A program made the translations under genes and the position numbers. Under the pieces are notes generated by a model that did not search any database, was not told the DNA's origin, and worked only from the letters and a program-made list of their open reading frames with translations. A stretch of DNA of 64,000 nucleotides from Candidatus Alkanophaga liquidiphilum (GTDB lineage Archaea; Halobacteriota; Syntropharchaeia; Alkanophagales; B39-G2), in NCBI GenBank assembly GCA_029259535.1, contig JAPHEF010000004.1, forward strand, positions 5,408 through 69,407. Direction: 5' to 3'. Below, piece after piece: positions 47,108 to 57,186 of this stretch; the first letter of the stretch is position 1, and each line of letters opens with the position of its first letter.

Positions 47108-47929
47108 GTGTTAGGAATCATAGATATACACTGCCATCTCACGTTCAAGCAATACGACGAGGACCGTGAGAAAGTCATTGAAGACGCGAAAATGGTGTTA
47201 CGGGCGGTGGTAGTCAGCGGAACTGAACCTGAGGACTCAGAGAATGCTTTAAGGCTTGCTGCCGAGCACGAGGGCTTTATTTTCGTGACCGCGGGGCTAC
47301 ACCCGATTCACGTCGAGGAGCTCGGCGACAAGGACATAGAACGGTATCAGGAGTTCATCGCCGAGAACAAGAAGAAAATCATAGGCATAGGTGAGATAGG
47401 GTTGGACTACCACTGGATTAAGGAGCCTTTGAAGATAAGGAAAACTAAGGAAGTTTTCCTCGAATTTTTGCGGCTTGCTAAGGAGTTGGATTTGCCTGTC
47501 GTGCTACACTTGCGGAACGCCGTCGAGGAGGGCTTCAAGCTCGTCGTGGACGAGGACGTTCGCAAGGCGGTTTTCCACTGTTACACTGGGAAGCCACAGC
47601 TCGCCTCTGAAATCTGGGACGAGGGTTACTACATCTCGCTGCCGACGTCCATCGTGCGGAGCAAGACGATGAAGAAGGTGGCGAAGATAGCACCTTCGTC
47701 GCTTCTGCTTGCGGAGACGGACGCCCCCTACTTATCGCCATTCGAGGGCGAGGAGCGGAACGTCCCGCAGAATGTGCGCATCGTCTACGAAAAGATTGCG
47801 GAACAGCGAAAAACCGATGCTGATTCTTTAGAGACGACACTACTACGAAACTTCGAGGAGCTTTTCGGCGTCGTGCCCGAAAACGTGCCGAGGCTTAGAA
47901 GAAGAGAAAAGAGAGAGGAGGAAGAGTAG
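47108..47929 (+). CDS. TatD-family metal-dependent hydrolase
   Basis: IIDIHCHL, GEIGLDYHW, VLHLRNA and ETDAPYLSP motifs; GTG start. Confidence 0.85.
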   Translation: MLGIIDIHCHLTFKQYDEDREKVIEDAKMVLRAVVVSGTEPEDSENALRLAAEHEGFIFVTAGLHPIHVEELGDKDIERYQEFIAENKKKIIGIGEIGLDYHWIKEPLKIRKTKEVFLEFLRLAKELDLPVVLHLRNAVEEGFKLVVDEDVRKAVFHCYTGKPQLASEIWDEGYYISLPTSIVRSKTMKKVAKIAPSSLLLAETDAPYLSPFEGEERNVPQNVRIVYEKIAEQRKTDADSLETTLLRNFEELFGVVPENVPRLRRREKREEEE

Positions 47930-47947
47930 TGCGGCGCGCCCTTAAGG

Positions 47948-49114
47948 CTACACTCCCTCTAACATCCTCTCAAGCCTTTGCAGCCCCTCCTTAATGCTTT
48001 CTGTGGACGTAGCGTAGGAGAAGCGGACGTAGCCGCTGCAGGAAGGACCGAAGGCAGAGCCGGGCGTTGTCGCCACGTAAAGCTCCCTCAACGACTTCTC
48101 CGCGAACGTCATGCCGTCCATACCTGCCGTCTCGACATTTACAAAGACGTAGAACGCACCTTCAGGGCGCTCGCAATGCAAGCCGAGCTTTTGCAGCCCC
48201 TCAACTATCAAGTCTCGTCGCCGCCTGAATTCCGCAACCATCTCCCTCAAGCTTTCTCTCGACCGCTCGTCCCGGAGGGCGGCGAGCGCCCCGAACTGCG
48301 CGAATGACGTTGCGCACGTCACGGAGTGCTGTTGGACTTTGAGCATTGCGTTCAGAATTTCGGGCGGCGCTACAGCGTAGCCGATTCGCCATCCTGTCAT
48401 CGCATATGTCTTCGAAAAGCCGTCCACGAGAATCGTGCGCTCCGCCATCCCTTCGAGCGTCGCAAAACAGATATGCTCACGCCCGTAGATTATTTTACTG
48501 TATATTTCATCCGAAAGGACGAGCAGGTCCTTATCCTTTGCGAACTCTGCAACCTCTTCAAGCTCCTTCTTGCTGAGGACGTAGCCGACTGGGTTGTTCG
48601 GGCTATTTATGACTATAAGTTTGGCTTTCGGCGTGAAGACTTTCTCAAGACACTCGTAAGTTACCTTCTCGCCCCTGTCCGCAAACCGCTTCGTCCAGAC
48701 GACCTCGCCGCTTGCGAGCTGCGCAGCCGCCGCATAGCTCACCCACGCCGGCTCCACAAGAATAACGGCATCGCCAGCGTCCAAAGTCGCCATGAAAGCC
48801 TCGTAAATCGCATGCTTCGCCCCCGGCGTCACGAGAACGTCATCAGCACGCACGTCAAGCCCGTATTCCTCGCCAAGGCGGGCGGCTATTTCTCCCCGCA
48901 GCTCAGGAATGCCGGCAGCCTGCGTGTAGTGCGTGCGTCCTTCGTCTAAAGCACGCTTCGCCGCCTCGCAGATGTGCGACGGCGTGTCAAAATCCGGCTC
49001 GCCGAGCGTGAAGTCCACGACCGGTTTTCCTTGCGCTCTCAACTCCTTTGCCAGCTTCCCCATTTTTAGCGTTGCCGACTCCTTTACCCCGCTAAACCTC
49101 CGCGAAACCATCAA
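47948..49114 (-). CDS. class I PLP-dependent (aspartate-type) aminotransferase
   Basis: INSPNNPVG and the PLP-lysine motif FSKTYAMTGWRIGY; 388 aa. Confidence 0.85.
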   Translation of the reverse strand: MMVSRRFSGVKESATLKMGKLAKELRAQGKPVVDFTLGEPDFDTPSHICEAAKRALDEGRTHYTQAAGIPELRGEIAARLGEEYGLDVRADDVLVTPGAKHAIYEAFMATLDAGDAVILVEPAWVSYAAAAQLASGEVVWTKRFADRGEKVTYECLEKVFTPKAKLIVINSPNNPVGYVLSKKELEEVAEFAKDKDLLVLSDEIYSKIIYGREHICFATLEGMAERTILVDGFSKTYAMTGWRIGYAVAPPEILNAMLKVQQHSVTCATSFAQFGALAALRDERSRESLREMVAEFRRRRDLIVEGLQKLGLHCERPEGAFYVFVNVETAGMDGMTFAEKSLRELYVATTPGSAFGPSCSGYVRFSYATSTESIKEGLQRLERMLEGV

Positions 49115-49160
49115 GGTTAAATGAGGTTGAGCATATTTAACTGTGAAGATGCCGCATGAC

Positions 49161-49234
49161 GCCCCGGTAGCTTAGCCCGGAAGAGCGGCTGACTTGTAAT
49201 CAGCAGGTCGGGGGTTCAAATCCCCCCCGGGGCT
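49161..49234 (+). tRNA. tRNA-Thr (anticodon UGU)
   Basis: The cloverleaf was read by hand. Acceptor gccccgg/ccggggc, D arm gctt-agcccggaa-gagc, anticodon stem gctga/tcagc with loop cuUGUaa, T arm ggggg-ttcaaat-ccccc, discriminator t. No CCA is encoded. Confidence 0.9.
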
Positions 49235-49299
49235 TGATTACAAAATTGCAAATCCCTCGGAAAAAGAAGATAAACAACGCTTTTGACATCAAAGAACAA

Positions 49300-49521
49300 A
49301 TGAGGAGGCTCGGCTTTTACTGGGCAGGCGAGACAGGTTTGCTTTGGGAACTGGAGGGCGTTTTGAGCGAGAACAAACTAAAAGAGCTCGCAGAGCTTGA
49401 TCCTGAAGAGGCGGTGCCGAAGGCATTTCCGCTGATAAAAAAGGTGCAAGACTCAAAACCGAGGGGGAGCGATGAAAGAGCTGAGAGAATGAAGAGAGCT
49501 ACTCGGGGAGCTCGTTCGTAG
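49300..49521 (+). CDS. orphan hypothetical ORF just downstream of the tRNA
   Basis: MRRLGFYWAGETGLLWELEG..., with lower GC than the surroundings. Coding status is uncertain. Confidence 0.3.
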   Translation: MRRLGFYWAGETGLLWELEGVLSENKLKELAELDPEEAVPKAFPLIKKVQDSKPRGSDERAERMKRATRGARS

Positions 49522-49734
49522 GTTTTCATGGGACCATGTCATCAGTAATATTGCTAGTTCCGCCAAGAACTCCACACGTGTTCTTCGCTACTCTGAACTT
49601 ATGAGTCATGACGCCGTTAAAGTCTTTAGCAGGAGATTTAAAAATTTAACACCAGCCATAGACCTCGTAACGTAGTTAAAAGTAACATTCGAGGTTCTTA
49701 GAAAAATGAAAATTAAAAAATTGATTTTCTTGCT

Positions 49735-50526
49735 TCAGGCAGAGCCTTCCCTTAACTTATTAATGACGATCTCAGCGGCTTTTTTCCCTGAGAGGAGCAT
49801 GCCGCCGAAGACGGCGCCCATGCGGTGGGCGCCGGCGACGGCGTTCGCCGCCATGCCCGTGACGAGCAGCCCGGGATAAATCTCACGGGTATTTTCCAAA
49901 ACTTCCTGTTCCGCTTGTTTTGCGAACATCGAGCGTTCGCCGACGACGTCGCCGGTTTTCGTGGCGAGTCGTCCGACTTTCTTCGCGACGAGCTTGCAGA
50001 CGTTGCACTCATGTCCCGTGGCGTCAATCACGAACTCAGAGCGGAACGCTAAGGGATCCACGTGCAAGCCTGCGAGCTCAACAGCAGTCCAATTCACGAC
50101 GACGCCCCGCACTCTTTGTTGATCATCGACGACGACGTCCTCGACGCTTAGCCCGTTGAGAATTTTGACGCCTGCCCTTATTGCACCCAGACAGAGACAG
50201 GCGGCGGTTTCGATGGCGTCAGCCACGTAAAGCGTTTCACCACCGCTCGCCGCCACCTCTTCGAAGCGCACGCCGAGTTCCTTAAGAATAGGAGTCGCCG
50301 CCGCCTCTATAACGATTTTCGGGAGCATCATGCCGCCGCCCCAGATGCCACCGCCGATGTTGAGCCGCCGCTCGAAGACCACGACGCGCAAGCCGGCGCA
50401 CCCAAGGAAATACGCAGCGGTTAGTCCTGAAGGTCCGGCGCCTACCACCGCCACGTCCGCTTCCAAGCAGCTCAAAAAATCCTCAAAAGACTTTTTTAGT
50501 ATGGCTCTCGACGTCTCAAGCTCCAT
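49735..50526 (-). CDS. thi4: thiazole synthase Thi4 family (archaeal sulfide-dependent type)
   Basis: DVAVVGAGPSGLTAAYFL dinucleotide motif and GMMLPKIV; about 260 aa. Confidence 0.85.
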   Translation of the reverse strand: MELETSRAILKKSFEDFLSCLEADVAVVGAGPSGLTAAYFLGCAGLRVVVFERRLNIGGGIWGGGMMLPKIVIEAAATPILKELGVRFEEVAASGGETLYVADAIETAACLCLGAIRAGVKILNGLSVEDVVVDDQQRVRGVVVNWTAVELAGLHVDPLAFRSEFVIDATGHECNVCKLVAKKVGRLATKTGDVVGERSMFAKQAEQEVLENTREIYPGLLVTGMAANAVAGAHRMGAVFGGMLLSGKKAAEIVINKLREGSA

Positions 50527-50632
50527 AAATCACCCTCCTTGCAGAGTGTCTCTGCTTACCCAGTCTCCGCTTACGCATCACCCTCTATATAGCGACAATT
50601 TTATAAAAGTGGGAGCATAGGGGTGTGATAAT

Positions 50633-51433
50633 ATGTCGAAGATAGGTAAAGATATCAGGGTCGAGAGGATTATCGATAGAGAGAGTGGGAAGACTGTCAT
50701 CGTGCCGATGGACCACGGCGTCACCTCAGGACCGATAAAAGGGCTGGAGGACATGAAAATTGCGGTGAACGCCGTTGCTGAAGGCGGTGCGAATGCTGTC
50801 ATCCTGCACAAAGGAATTGTCAGGGCGGGGCACCGGGGTTATGGTAAAGACATTGGGCTCATCATTCATCTCTCTGCAAGCACCTCGCTCGGTCCCGACC
50901 CGTTGAACAAGGTCCTAGTAGCGACGGCCACAGAGGCAATAAAGCTCGGCGCCGACGCCGTCTCCGTGCATGTGAACGTCGGTGCCGAGAACGAGGCTGA
51001 GATGCTCAGGGAACTCGGCGCCGTCGCTCGTGAGTGCGAGGAGTGGGGCATGCCGCTCGTTGCGATGATGTATCCTCGCGGCAAGAAAGTGACGGACGAG
51101 CACGCCGTCGAATACGTAAAGCATGCGGCTCGTGTTGGTGCGGAACTCGGCGCCGACATAATAAAGACAAATTACACTGGTGACCCCGACACCTTCAAGG
51201 AGGTTGTTAAAGGTTGTCCAGTTCCCGTGGTCATTGCGGGTGGTCCGAAGATGAGCAGCGACGAGGAAGTCTTTGAAATGATAAAGGGGGCTATGAGTGC
51301 TGGCGCGACTGGCGTTTCCATCGGACGTAATATCTTCCAACATGACGACCCCAAGAAGATGACGAGAGCCATTTCGATGATAGTCCACGAAGATGCATCC
51401 GTGGAAGAGGCTTTAAAGTTCTTAAGGTCTTGA
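50633..51433 (+). CDS. 2-amino-3,7-dideoxy-D-threo-hept-6-ulosonate synthase / class I aldolase (DhnA family)
   Basis: VIVPMDHG, a Schiff-base lysine context (IIKTNYTG) and [10 protein letters not shown]. It lies adjacent to 3-dehydroquinate synthase II. Confidence 0.8.
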   Translation: MSKIGKDIRVERIIDRESGKTVIVPMDHGVTSGPIKGLEDMKIAVNAVAEGGANAVILHKGIVRAGHRGYGKDIGLIIHLSASTSLGPDPLNKVLVATATEAIKLGADAVSVHVNVGAENEAEMLRELGAVARECEEWGMPLVAMMYPRGKKVTDEHAVEYVKHAARVGAELGADIIKTNYTGDPDTFKEVVKGCPVPVVIAGGPKMSSDEEVFEMIKGAMSAGATGVSIGRNIFQHDDPKKMTRAISMIVHEDASVEEALKFLRS

Positions 51434-51451
51434 TTTGATGGAAGTGAAAAT

Positions 51452-52615
51452 ATGGACAAGGAGGTCTGGGTAAGAGCCGATGAGGGGGGGTGGGAGGAGA
51501 AAAAAATAAGAATAACAACAGCCCTCGAATCGGGCGCAGATTTCGTTCTTGTTGACGTTGAGGACGTGCCGAGGGTAAAAGAGCTCGGTATGATAAAGAC
51601 GGCAGCGTTTGTCGCAGGAGACGCCGGCTTAGACGAGTTAGAAGACGTGGCGGCAGAGCTAATCGTGTTCGGCAAGGGCTGCGAGGGCGACGGCACCACA
51701 CCTTTACTTTTCGATTTTAGCCAGTCAACGCTCTTCAAATCGCTTGAAAGTGCCAAGGACGTTGTAGGGAAGGAGCGGTTGGGCGCCTACATCGAGATTC
51801 GCGGGAAGGAATATGAGCGGCTGGCGGTGGCGCTTGCAAGCTTCTGCCGTTACCTCGTTGTAGTAGGAACCGATTGGAAAGTAATCCCGCTTGAGAACTT
51901 GATAGCTGAGTTGCAGAAATACGACGTGAAGATAATCACCGGCGTGAAGGACGTTGCGGAGGCGAGGACTGCCTTCGAGACGCTGGAGCACGGCGCCGAC
52001 GGCGTTTTACTCGACACGGACGACCTCAACGAAATAAAAAAGACGGTGGGACTGAAGGAGCTGCTTAGGCAGGAGCGTTTGCCGCTGACTATCGCCAGAG
52101 TTACGAAAATCGAGCCGCAAGGCATGGGCGACCGTGTCTGTGTGGACACATGCTCCTTAATGCGGCGTGGCGAAGGCATGCTCGTCGGCTCTTTCTCGGG
52201 TGCGTTCTTCCTCGTGCATTCCGAGACCGAGGAGAGCCCGTATGTGGAGGCTCGCCCTTTCAGAGTGAACGCCGGCGCCGTGCACTCTTACATACTCGTC
52301 GGCGAGAAGACGAAATACCTCGCTGAACTCTCGGCGGGCGATGAGGTTCTGATTGTGAACTCGGAGGGCGTCACGAGGAAAGCAACCGTAGGACGCGTGA
52401 AGATCGAGCGGCGCCCGCTGATACTTGTGGAGGCGGAGGCTGAGGGGCGCAGGTTCAGCATAGTCCTGCAGAACGCCGAAACCATAAAGCTGATGGGTAA
52501 GGAGCGCCCGATTTCCGTGGCGGAACTCAAGGAGGGCGACGAGGTTCTGGTGCACCTCTCCTCAGAGGCGAGACACTTCGGAATCTCGATAGACGAGACG
52601 ATAATCGAGAAGTAG
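51452..52615 (+). CDS. 3-dehydroquinate synthase II (archaeal)
   Basis: KEVWVRAD start and the length and pattern of archaeal DHQS-II. It pairs with the preceding ADH synthase gene. Confidence 0.8.
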   Translation: MDKEVWVRADEGGWEEKKIRITTALESGADFVLVDVEDVPRVKELGMIKTAAFVAGDAGLDELEDVAAELIVFGKGCEGDGTTPLLFDFSQSTLFKSLESAKDVVGKERLGAYIEIRGKEYERLAVALASFCRYLVVVGTDWKVIPLENLIAELQKYDVKIITGVKDVAEARTAFETLEHGADGVLLDTDDLNEIKKTVGLKELLRQERLPLTIARVTKIEPQGMGDRVCVDTCSLMRRGEGMLVGSFSGAFFLVHSETEESPYVEARPFRVNAGAVHSYILVGEKTKYLAELSAGDEVLIVNSEGVTRKATVGRVKIERRPLILVEAEAEGRRFSIVLQNAETIKLMGKERPISVAELKEGDEVLVHLSSEARHFGISIDETIIEK

Positions 52616-52619
52616 CGAA

Positions 52620-53186
52620 CTAGTCCGCAACGACCCCCGAATGCAAAACCGCCGCCTCCTTGAACATCGTCCACACGTAGATCTGAGCCCGATAGTAGAG
52701 GAGACCCACCGCACAGGCGACAACCACCGCTGCGATTGCGAGGAAGACAAAAGAGAATAAGGGATAATCGGGAAGCAATACTTTTGTGAACAATGTCCAG
52801 AGCGGCTTTGTGCTCTCCCTTACTGTTGTTTCCATCATTTCTTCCCCTACCAATGTCAAGGCGATATCCAGTATGACCGACAGGGCGGTCACGCCGAAGC
52901 CCGTCAGCAGCGACAGGGAGGTCATGTAGATTCTCGCCCGTGCGATTCTGTCGTCGCAGACTCGGAGGAACCTCCGCAGTTCGTCCTTGTTGTCGAAGGC
53001 GAAGTCCGAGAGTTTCAGCCGTGAGCCGCTGATGCGTCTAATTCCGCTCTCGTCGGCTTCGACCCAGCGGAACGACAAGCTCAAGAGGAGAAGCTTGAAG
53101 TACTCCGACCAAATTCTCGGGCTCCGCAGGGGTCTAGGGCTTACGACCTCGCCGCACTTCCGCACGAGCTCTTTCGCAAAGCTCAT
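52620..53186 (-). CDS. hypothetical membrane protein
   Basis: 188-aa ORF with three or four hydrophobic segments in the C-terminal half. Confidence 0.4.
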   Translation of the reverse strand: MSFAKELVRKCGEVVSPRPLRSPRIWSEYFKLLLLSLSFRWVEADESGIRRISGSRLKLSDFAFDNKDELRRFLRVCDDRIARARIYMTSLSLLTGFGVTALSVILDIALTLVGEEMMETTVRESTKPLWTLFTKVLLPDYPLFSFVFLAIAAVVVACAVGLLYYRAQIYVWTMFKEAAVLHSGVVAD

Positions 53187-53211
53187 AAGCCGCCCGTAAC
53201 AACATTGCCTT

Positions 53212-53583
53212 ATGAAGGTTATTAAGGTTTACGTGGCGGGACCGTTTTTCACGCAGGCGGAAGAGAGGTTCATGCGGGGGGTCAAAGAGGAGTTGAGTGT
53301 CGCCGGCGTTGAAGTCAAAACGCCGCTGGACATAGGTTATGTTGCCGGCGGCTCCGCCGAGGTCTTTGAGGCGGATTTACAAGCGATTCGGGAGTGCGAC
53401 GTGCTCGTTGCGATACTTGATGGGCACGACGCCGGGACGATGTGCGAGGTCGGCTACGCACGTGCGCTCGGGAAGCGCATCATTGGACTATGGACCGACA
53501 AGGAGCGGCGGCTTGACCCCTTCGTGCAGTGGCTGTGCGACGAGGTCGTCACGAGCTTAAAGGAGCTGAGAAAGAAGGTCTGA
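53212..53583 (+). CDS. nucleoside 2-deoxyribosyltransferase-like protein
   Basis: VYVAGPFF...CDVLVAILDGHDAGTMCEVGYARALGKRIIG. Confidence 0.6.
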   Translation: MKVIKVYVAGPFFTQAEERFMRGVKEELSVAGVEVKTPLDIGYVAGGSAEVFEADLQAIRECDVLVAILDGHDAGTMCEVGYARALGKRIIGLWTDKERRLDPFVQWLCDEVVTSLKELRKKV

Positions 53584-53760
53584 CCGGCTCGTGCGTTGCG
53601 TCCGCACGTGCAAGGCTCCGAGGCGGCATGCCTCAATTCAAGCTCGTCAAGACGAGCTGAGAGCAGCGCTTCCCTGCAAGAGGTTCTAATCTCCTCTTAG
53701 GCTTTTCACACCTTATTTTACGACCGGCTCTGCAGAGTTGAGTTTCGCCAAAGCTCGTCG

Positions 53761-54141
53761 TTACACCAGCAGTTCTGCGTTTATCACGCCGCCCTGCCCG
53801 GGGCGGTTCGTGACGACCGCATCTCCGAGCTCCGTTTCGATGATCGCGCCCTTAGTTATGATGTTTCGCCGTGAAAACAGTGGGTTCGCCGGATTTTCCT
53901 TCACCCTCAGAATCTTGGCTTTCACGGTTACGCCCTTCCGTGGGTCTGAGACGTTTGCGACGTCGCATCGTAGGAGCCGCACCTTGCGGTTGCCGCCCCG
54001 CACCCTTATGACCTTACGGACGGTCTCGCCGAGCGCCGTCTCGGACGGCGGACGCCCCAACTCGTACTTTCTCTTCTTCCTGTGCTTGTGGTACCTGCCA
54101 CCCGAGGGCTTCCTCCTCGCCCTCCCGTGCCACACCGCCAT
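53761..54141 (-). CDS. rps8e: 30S ribosomal protein S8e
   Basis: [30 protein letters not shown]. The track ORF is over-extended to 54243. Confidence 0.85.
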   Translation of the reverse strand: MAVWHGRARRKPSGGRYHKHRKKRKYELGRPPSETALGETVRKVIRVRGGNRKVRLLRCDVANVSDPRKGVTVKAKILRVKENPANPLFSRRNIITKGAIIETELGDAVVTNRPGQGGVINAELLV

Positions 54142-54457
54142 GCAAAATGAGTTGGTAACCCCATTAAAAATGCTTTCGCTCGCAAGAGGGGTGCCGAGAG
54201 TTACGTGTGGATTTGAAGCTTGAGCCGCATGCCGCCACCGCACTAGCGAGCTGAGATGTGAAACTAGAGCTGGGCGTTAGGGTCAAGGAGAGCTGCGCTC
54301 AACCGACTTAGTGAACATTGAACTCGGCGTGGGCGGCAATAGCTTAATCCTCCCTGCGACGTTCCGTGTCGATCAAGCTCGCTCACATGCAGTTTCGAGT
54401 TTCCGGTTGGGAGAATTTCAGAGTCTTGTGTGCGTGTTGGTTGAGTTACCGTCAAGT

Positions 54458-55216
54458 TTACATAAACTTAACAGCAGGTCGTTTCAGTCGAGGACTATAG
54501 TCATCTGCCCGTATGTCATATTCACTCCAAAGCTTTTTCTGTATGCTCTCAAATTCTTTTTTCAGTTTGCGTCCCGCATCTTCGAGCTGTTTACGGCGAC
54601 GCTCCACTTTATCCATTTCAGCCAGAAAGTTCTCCCGAAGGGAGTCGGCGACGTCGGGATTTTCTTTGTAAAAGCTGTAGTCACGGCGACCACGACGTAG
54701 CTCATAGCTATGCTTTGCAATGAGCTCATAGCTATGCTTTGCAATGTTCTGAGCCAATTTCTCTATGTCTGACCAGTCCCTCCGCTGGGCATATTCCTCC
54801 AGTTTTGCCCTGTGTTCGCTAAGGAGGGTTTTAACCATGTCTTCTTCGAGAGGCTCAAGAGCTTCTGCGTAGCGCTTGCCGAGGTTATCGTATTCCTCCA
54901 CTTTTCTCCAAGCATCTGGAAACTTCTCTTTGAACTGGTCGAAAGCCAACTTTGCTCGGTCGCTGTCGTCCCACTCTGAAGGCTCCCCCAGAGGCTTGAA
55001 GCTTGGCCAAACGTCTCTGGGCATTTCCTCGATTTCACGAAGGAAGGGGGCTATGACGTACCTTATCAGGTCCAAAATTGCTGGCTTCTCGCTTTGCTTC
55101 CGCATGTGTTTGAATTGCCGTTGTGTTTGCTTGTACTGTTTGCCGATGAAATATGCCATTGCACATGTGCCTCCAGCCATCACCCAAGTCCCGACTACCA
55201 TCCAATCAACACCCAA
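54458..55216 (-). CDS. hypothetical protein with N-terminal TM anchor and charged helical body
   Basis: MGVDWMVVGTWVMAGGTCAMAYFIG followed by a Lys/Glu-rich helical sequence. It contains the tandem duplication at 54699-54746. Confidence 0.5.
   Translation of the reverse strand: MGVDWMVVGTWVMAGGTCAMAYFIGKQYKQTQRQFKHMRKQSEKPAILDLIRYVIAPFLREIEEMPRDVWPSFKPLGEPSEWDDSDRAKLAFDQFKEKFPDAWRKVEEYDNLGKRYAEALEPLEEDMVKTLLSEHRAKLEEYAQRRDWSDIEKLAQNIAKHSYELIAKHSYELRRGRRDYSFYKENPDVADSLRENFLAEMDKVERRRKQLEDAGRKLKKEFESIQKKLWSEYDIRADDYSPRLKRPAVKFM
54699..54746. repeat. perfect 24-nt x2 in-frame tandem duplication
   Basis: agctcatagctatgctttgcaatg occurs twice back to back, encoding the repeated peptide IAKHSYEL IAKHSYEL. 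Confidence 0.9.
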
Positions 55217-55437
55217 TCAGCTCCCCTCCAAAACTCTTTACTTGTTTTGCCTATCTTGCCATTTAAGTTCCCTCACGCTCGTGGCTGCTCGGCGGATCCT
55301 CATTTCTCCTCCTCAGCTGCTAGGCGACGCTGCAAGGTGTCGAGGGGCGGCGTTGATGGGAGAGGTGCCGTCGTGCGTCAGCGTCCGGTGGCGGCGATGA
55401 CGAAACAAATATTTAGGTCGGAAAAGCTCTTAGTTAC

Positions 55438-56553
55438 ATGGCGAAAATTACAATAAGCCTGATAAAGGCGGACGTTGGTGGATATCCCGGACATGCTTCG
55501 GTTCATCCTAAGCTCAAGGAGAAGGCAAAGGAATGCCTGAAGCAAGCTAAAGAGTCAGGACTTCTTGTGGATTTTCACGTCATGGGCGCAGGCGACGACC
55601 TTCAGCTTCTGATGAGTCACGAGCGTGGCGTGGATGACGAGGAGATACACCAGCTTGCGTGGGACACCTTCGTCGAGGCGACGCAGGTTGCGAAGGAGCT
55701 GAAGCTTTACGGCGCCGGTCAAGACTTGCTTAAGGATGCGTTTAGCGGTAACATCCGTGGTATGGGTCCAGGCATCGCCGAGATGGAGTTTACGGAGCGT
55801 GAGGGCGAGCCGCTCATCGCATTCATGATGGACAAGACCGAGCCCGGAGCGTTCAATCTCCCGATATTCAAGATGTTCGCCGACCCGTTCAACACCGCAG
55901 GGCTCATCATCGACCCCACGCTCCACGACGGCTTCGTCTTCGAAATCTGGGACATCATGGCACACCGCAAAGTCCTCATGCGGGCGCCCGAGGAGCTTTA
56001 CGACATCCTCGCTCTCATCGGCGCAAAGTCCAGATACGTGATAAAGCGAGTGTATCCGAAGGAGACACACCCGAAGCTCCCAAGCGACGAGCCTGTTGCC
56101 GTTATAAGCACGGAGAAACTGTATCAAATCGCCGAGAAATATGTGGGTAAGGACGACCCCGTGGCGCTCGTACGGGCGCAGTCAGGACTGCCAGCGCTCG
56201 GCGAGGTTCTTGAAGCTTTTGCTTTCCCGCACCTCGTTTCAGGCTGGATGCGAGGCTCGCACAACGGTCCTGTCATGCCTGTTTCTTTCAGGTATGCGCA
56301 GTGCACCCGCTTCGACGGTCCGCCGAGAGTCGTGGCTGCCGGCTTCCAGATTGCGAACGGCAAGCTCGTCGGACCCGTAGACCTCTTCGACGACCCCGCC
56401 TTCGACTACACGAGACAAAAGGCGCAAGAAATAACCGAATACATGCGGCGGCACGGCCCCTTCGAGCCGCACCGACTGCCGCTCGAAGAAATGGAATATA
56501 CAACGCTGCCAGAAGTCCTCAAAAAGCTTGAAAGCCGATTCGAAAGCGCCTAA
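55438..56553 (+). CDS. fbp: bifunctional fructose-1,6-bisphosphate aldolase/phosphatase (class V FBPase)
   Basis: MAKITISLIKADVGGYPGH start; 371 aa. Confidence 0.9.
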   Translation: MAKITISLIKADVGGYPGHASVHPKLKEKAKECLKQAKESGLLVDFHVMGAGDDLQLLMSHERGVDDEEIHQLAWDTFVEATQVAKELKLYGAGQDLLKDAFSGNIRGMGPGIAEMEFTEREGEPLIAFMMDKTEPGAFNLPIFKMFADPFNTAGLIIDPTLHDGFVFEIWDIMAHRKVLMRAPEELYDILALIGAKSRYVIKRVYPKETHPKLPSDEPVAVISTEKLYQIAEKYVGKDDPVALVRAQSGLPALGEVLEAFAFPHLVSGWMRGSHNGPVMPVSFRYAQCTRFDGPPRVVAAGFQIANGKLVGPVDLFDDPAFDYTRQKAQEITEYMRRHGPFEPHRLPLEEMEYTTLPEVLKKLESRFESA

Positions 56554-57186
56554 GCCGAACGTGCTTTTTCTAATTCTTCTTATTTTTTTAACGGCTTTTT
56601 AATGTTTTCAAATGCGCTACAGCAACGTTTCGCCGCTCGCCTCATGGTTCTGCTAAACGTTCCGTGCGGACGTGCCAGAGGTGGGGCGGGAGATAAGAAG
56701 CGAGAGCCGATTGCGAGCGCCTCTGCACGGGCAAGACGAGAAATCAAAACGCCGACGATGCCGTTAATAAGTTCCATGCCCCTATTTATGATGGCAGTAG
56801 GCTTAAGCAAACGGCAGGAGGGGGAAAATAGACCGCTGTGGCGTTTGCGGTTTTTATAATTTGCCTGAGGATAGCGGGAACGAGGCACGTAATAACCAAG
56901 GCTACTCAGACGAACAGGATTCAAGTGGCGGTCATAGGAACATTGCTGGCAATGCCGTTGGTCGTGGCAATGACTTTGATTTTCGACGATATGGACTGGT
57001 TGCGGCGTTAGGATTCTGTGTGCTGACTGACGTCGGTTCTGCGCTCCTCACGCGGGAAATTAGCCTGAAAGTTGGGCGTGAGATGCTGATAATAGCAATT
57101 TTCGTGATTCTCGGCGTGCCGTGCGGCGTCGCTCGTTTCGAACTGGTTACCATGAGCCTATAATTTATCATAACCAACGATTTTGT

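Noticed and set aside
54244-54457. Spacer after rps8e with gcgagct/agctcgc and atgtg/cacat complementary segments, considered as an ncRNA.
   Set aside because: The order of the complementary segments does not give a simple stable fold. No known motif was recognised.
56580-57163. ORFs 56580..56924 (minus), 56602..56859 (plus) and 56861..57163 (plus), and a possible split small membrane protein.
   Set aside because: No motifs or convincing start signals were found, and the frames conflict. The hydrophobic stretches are short and interrupted by stops.
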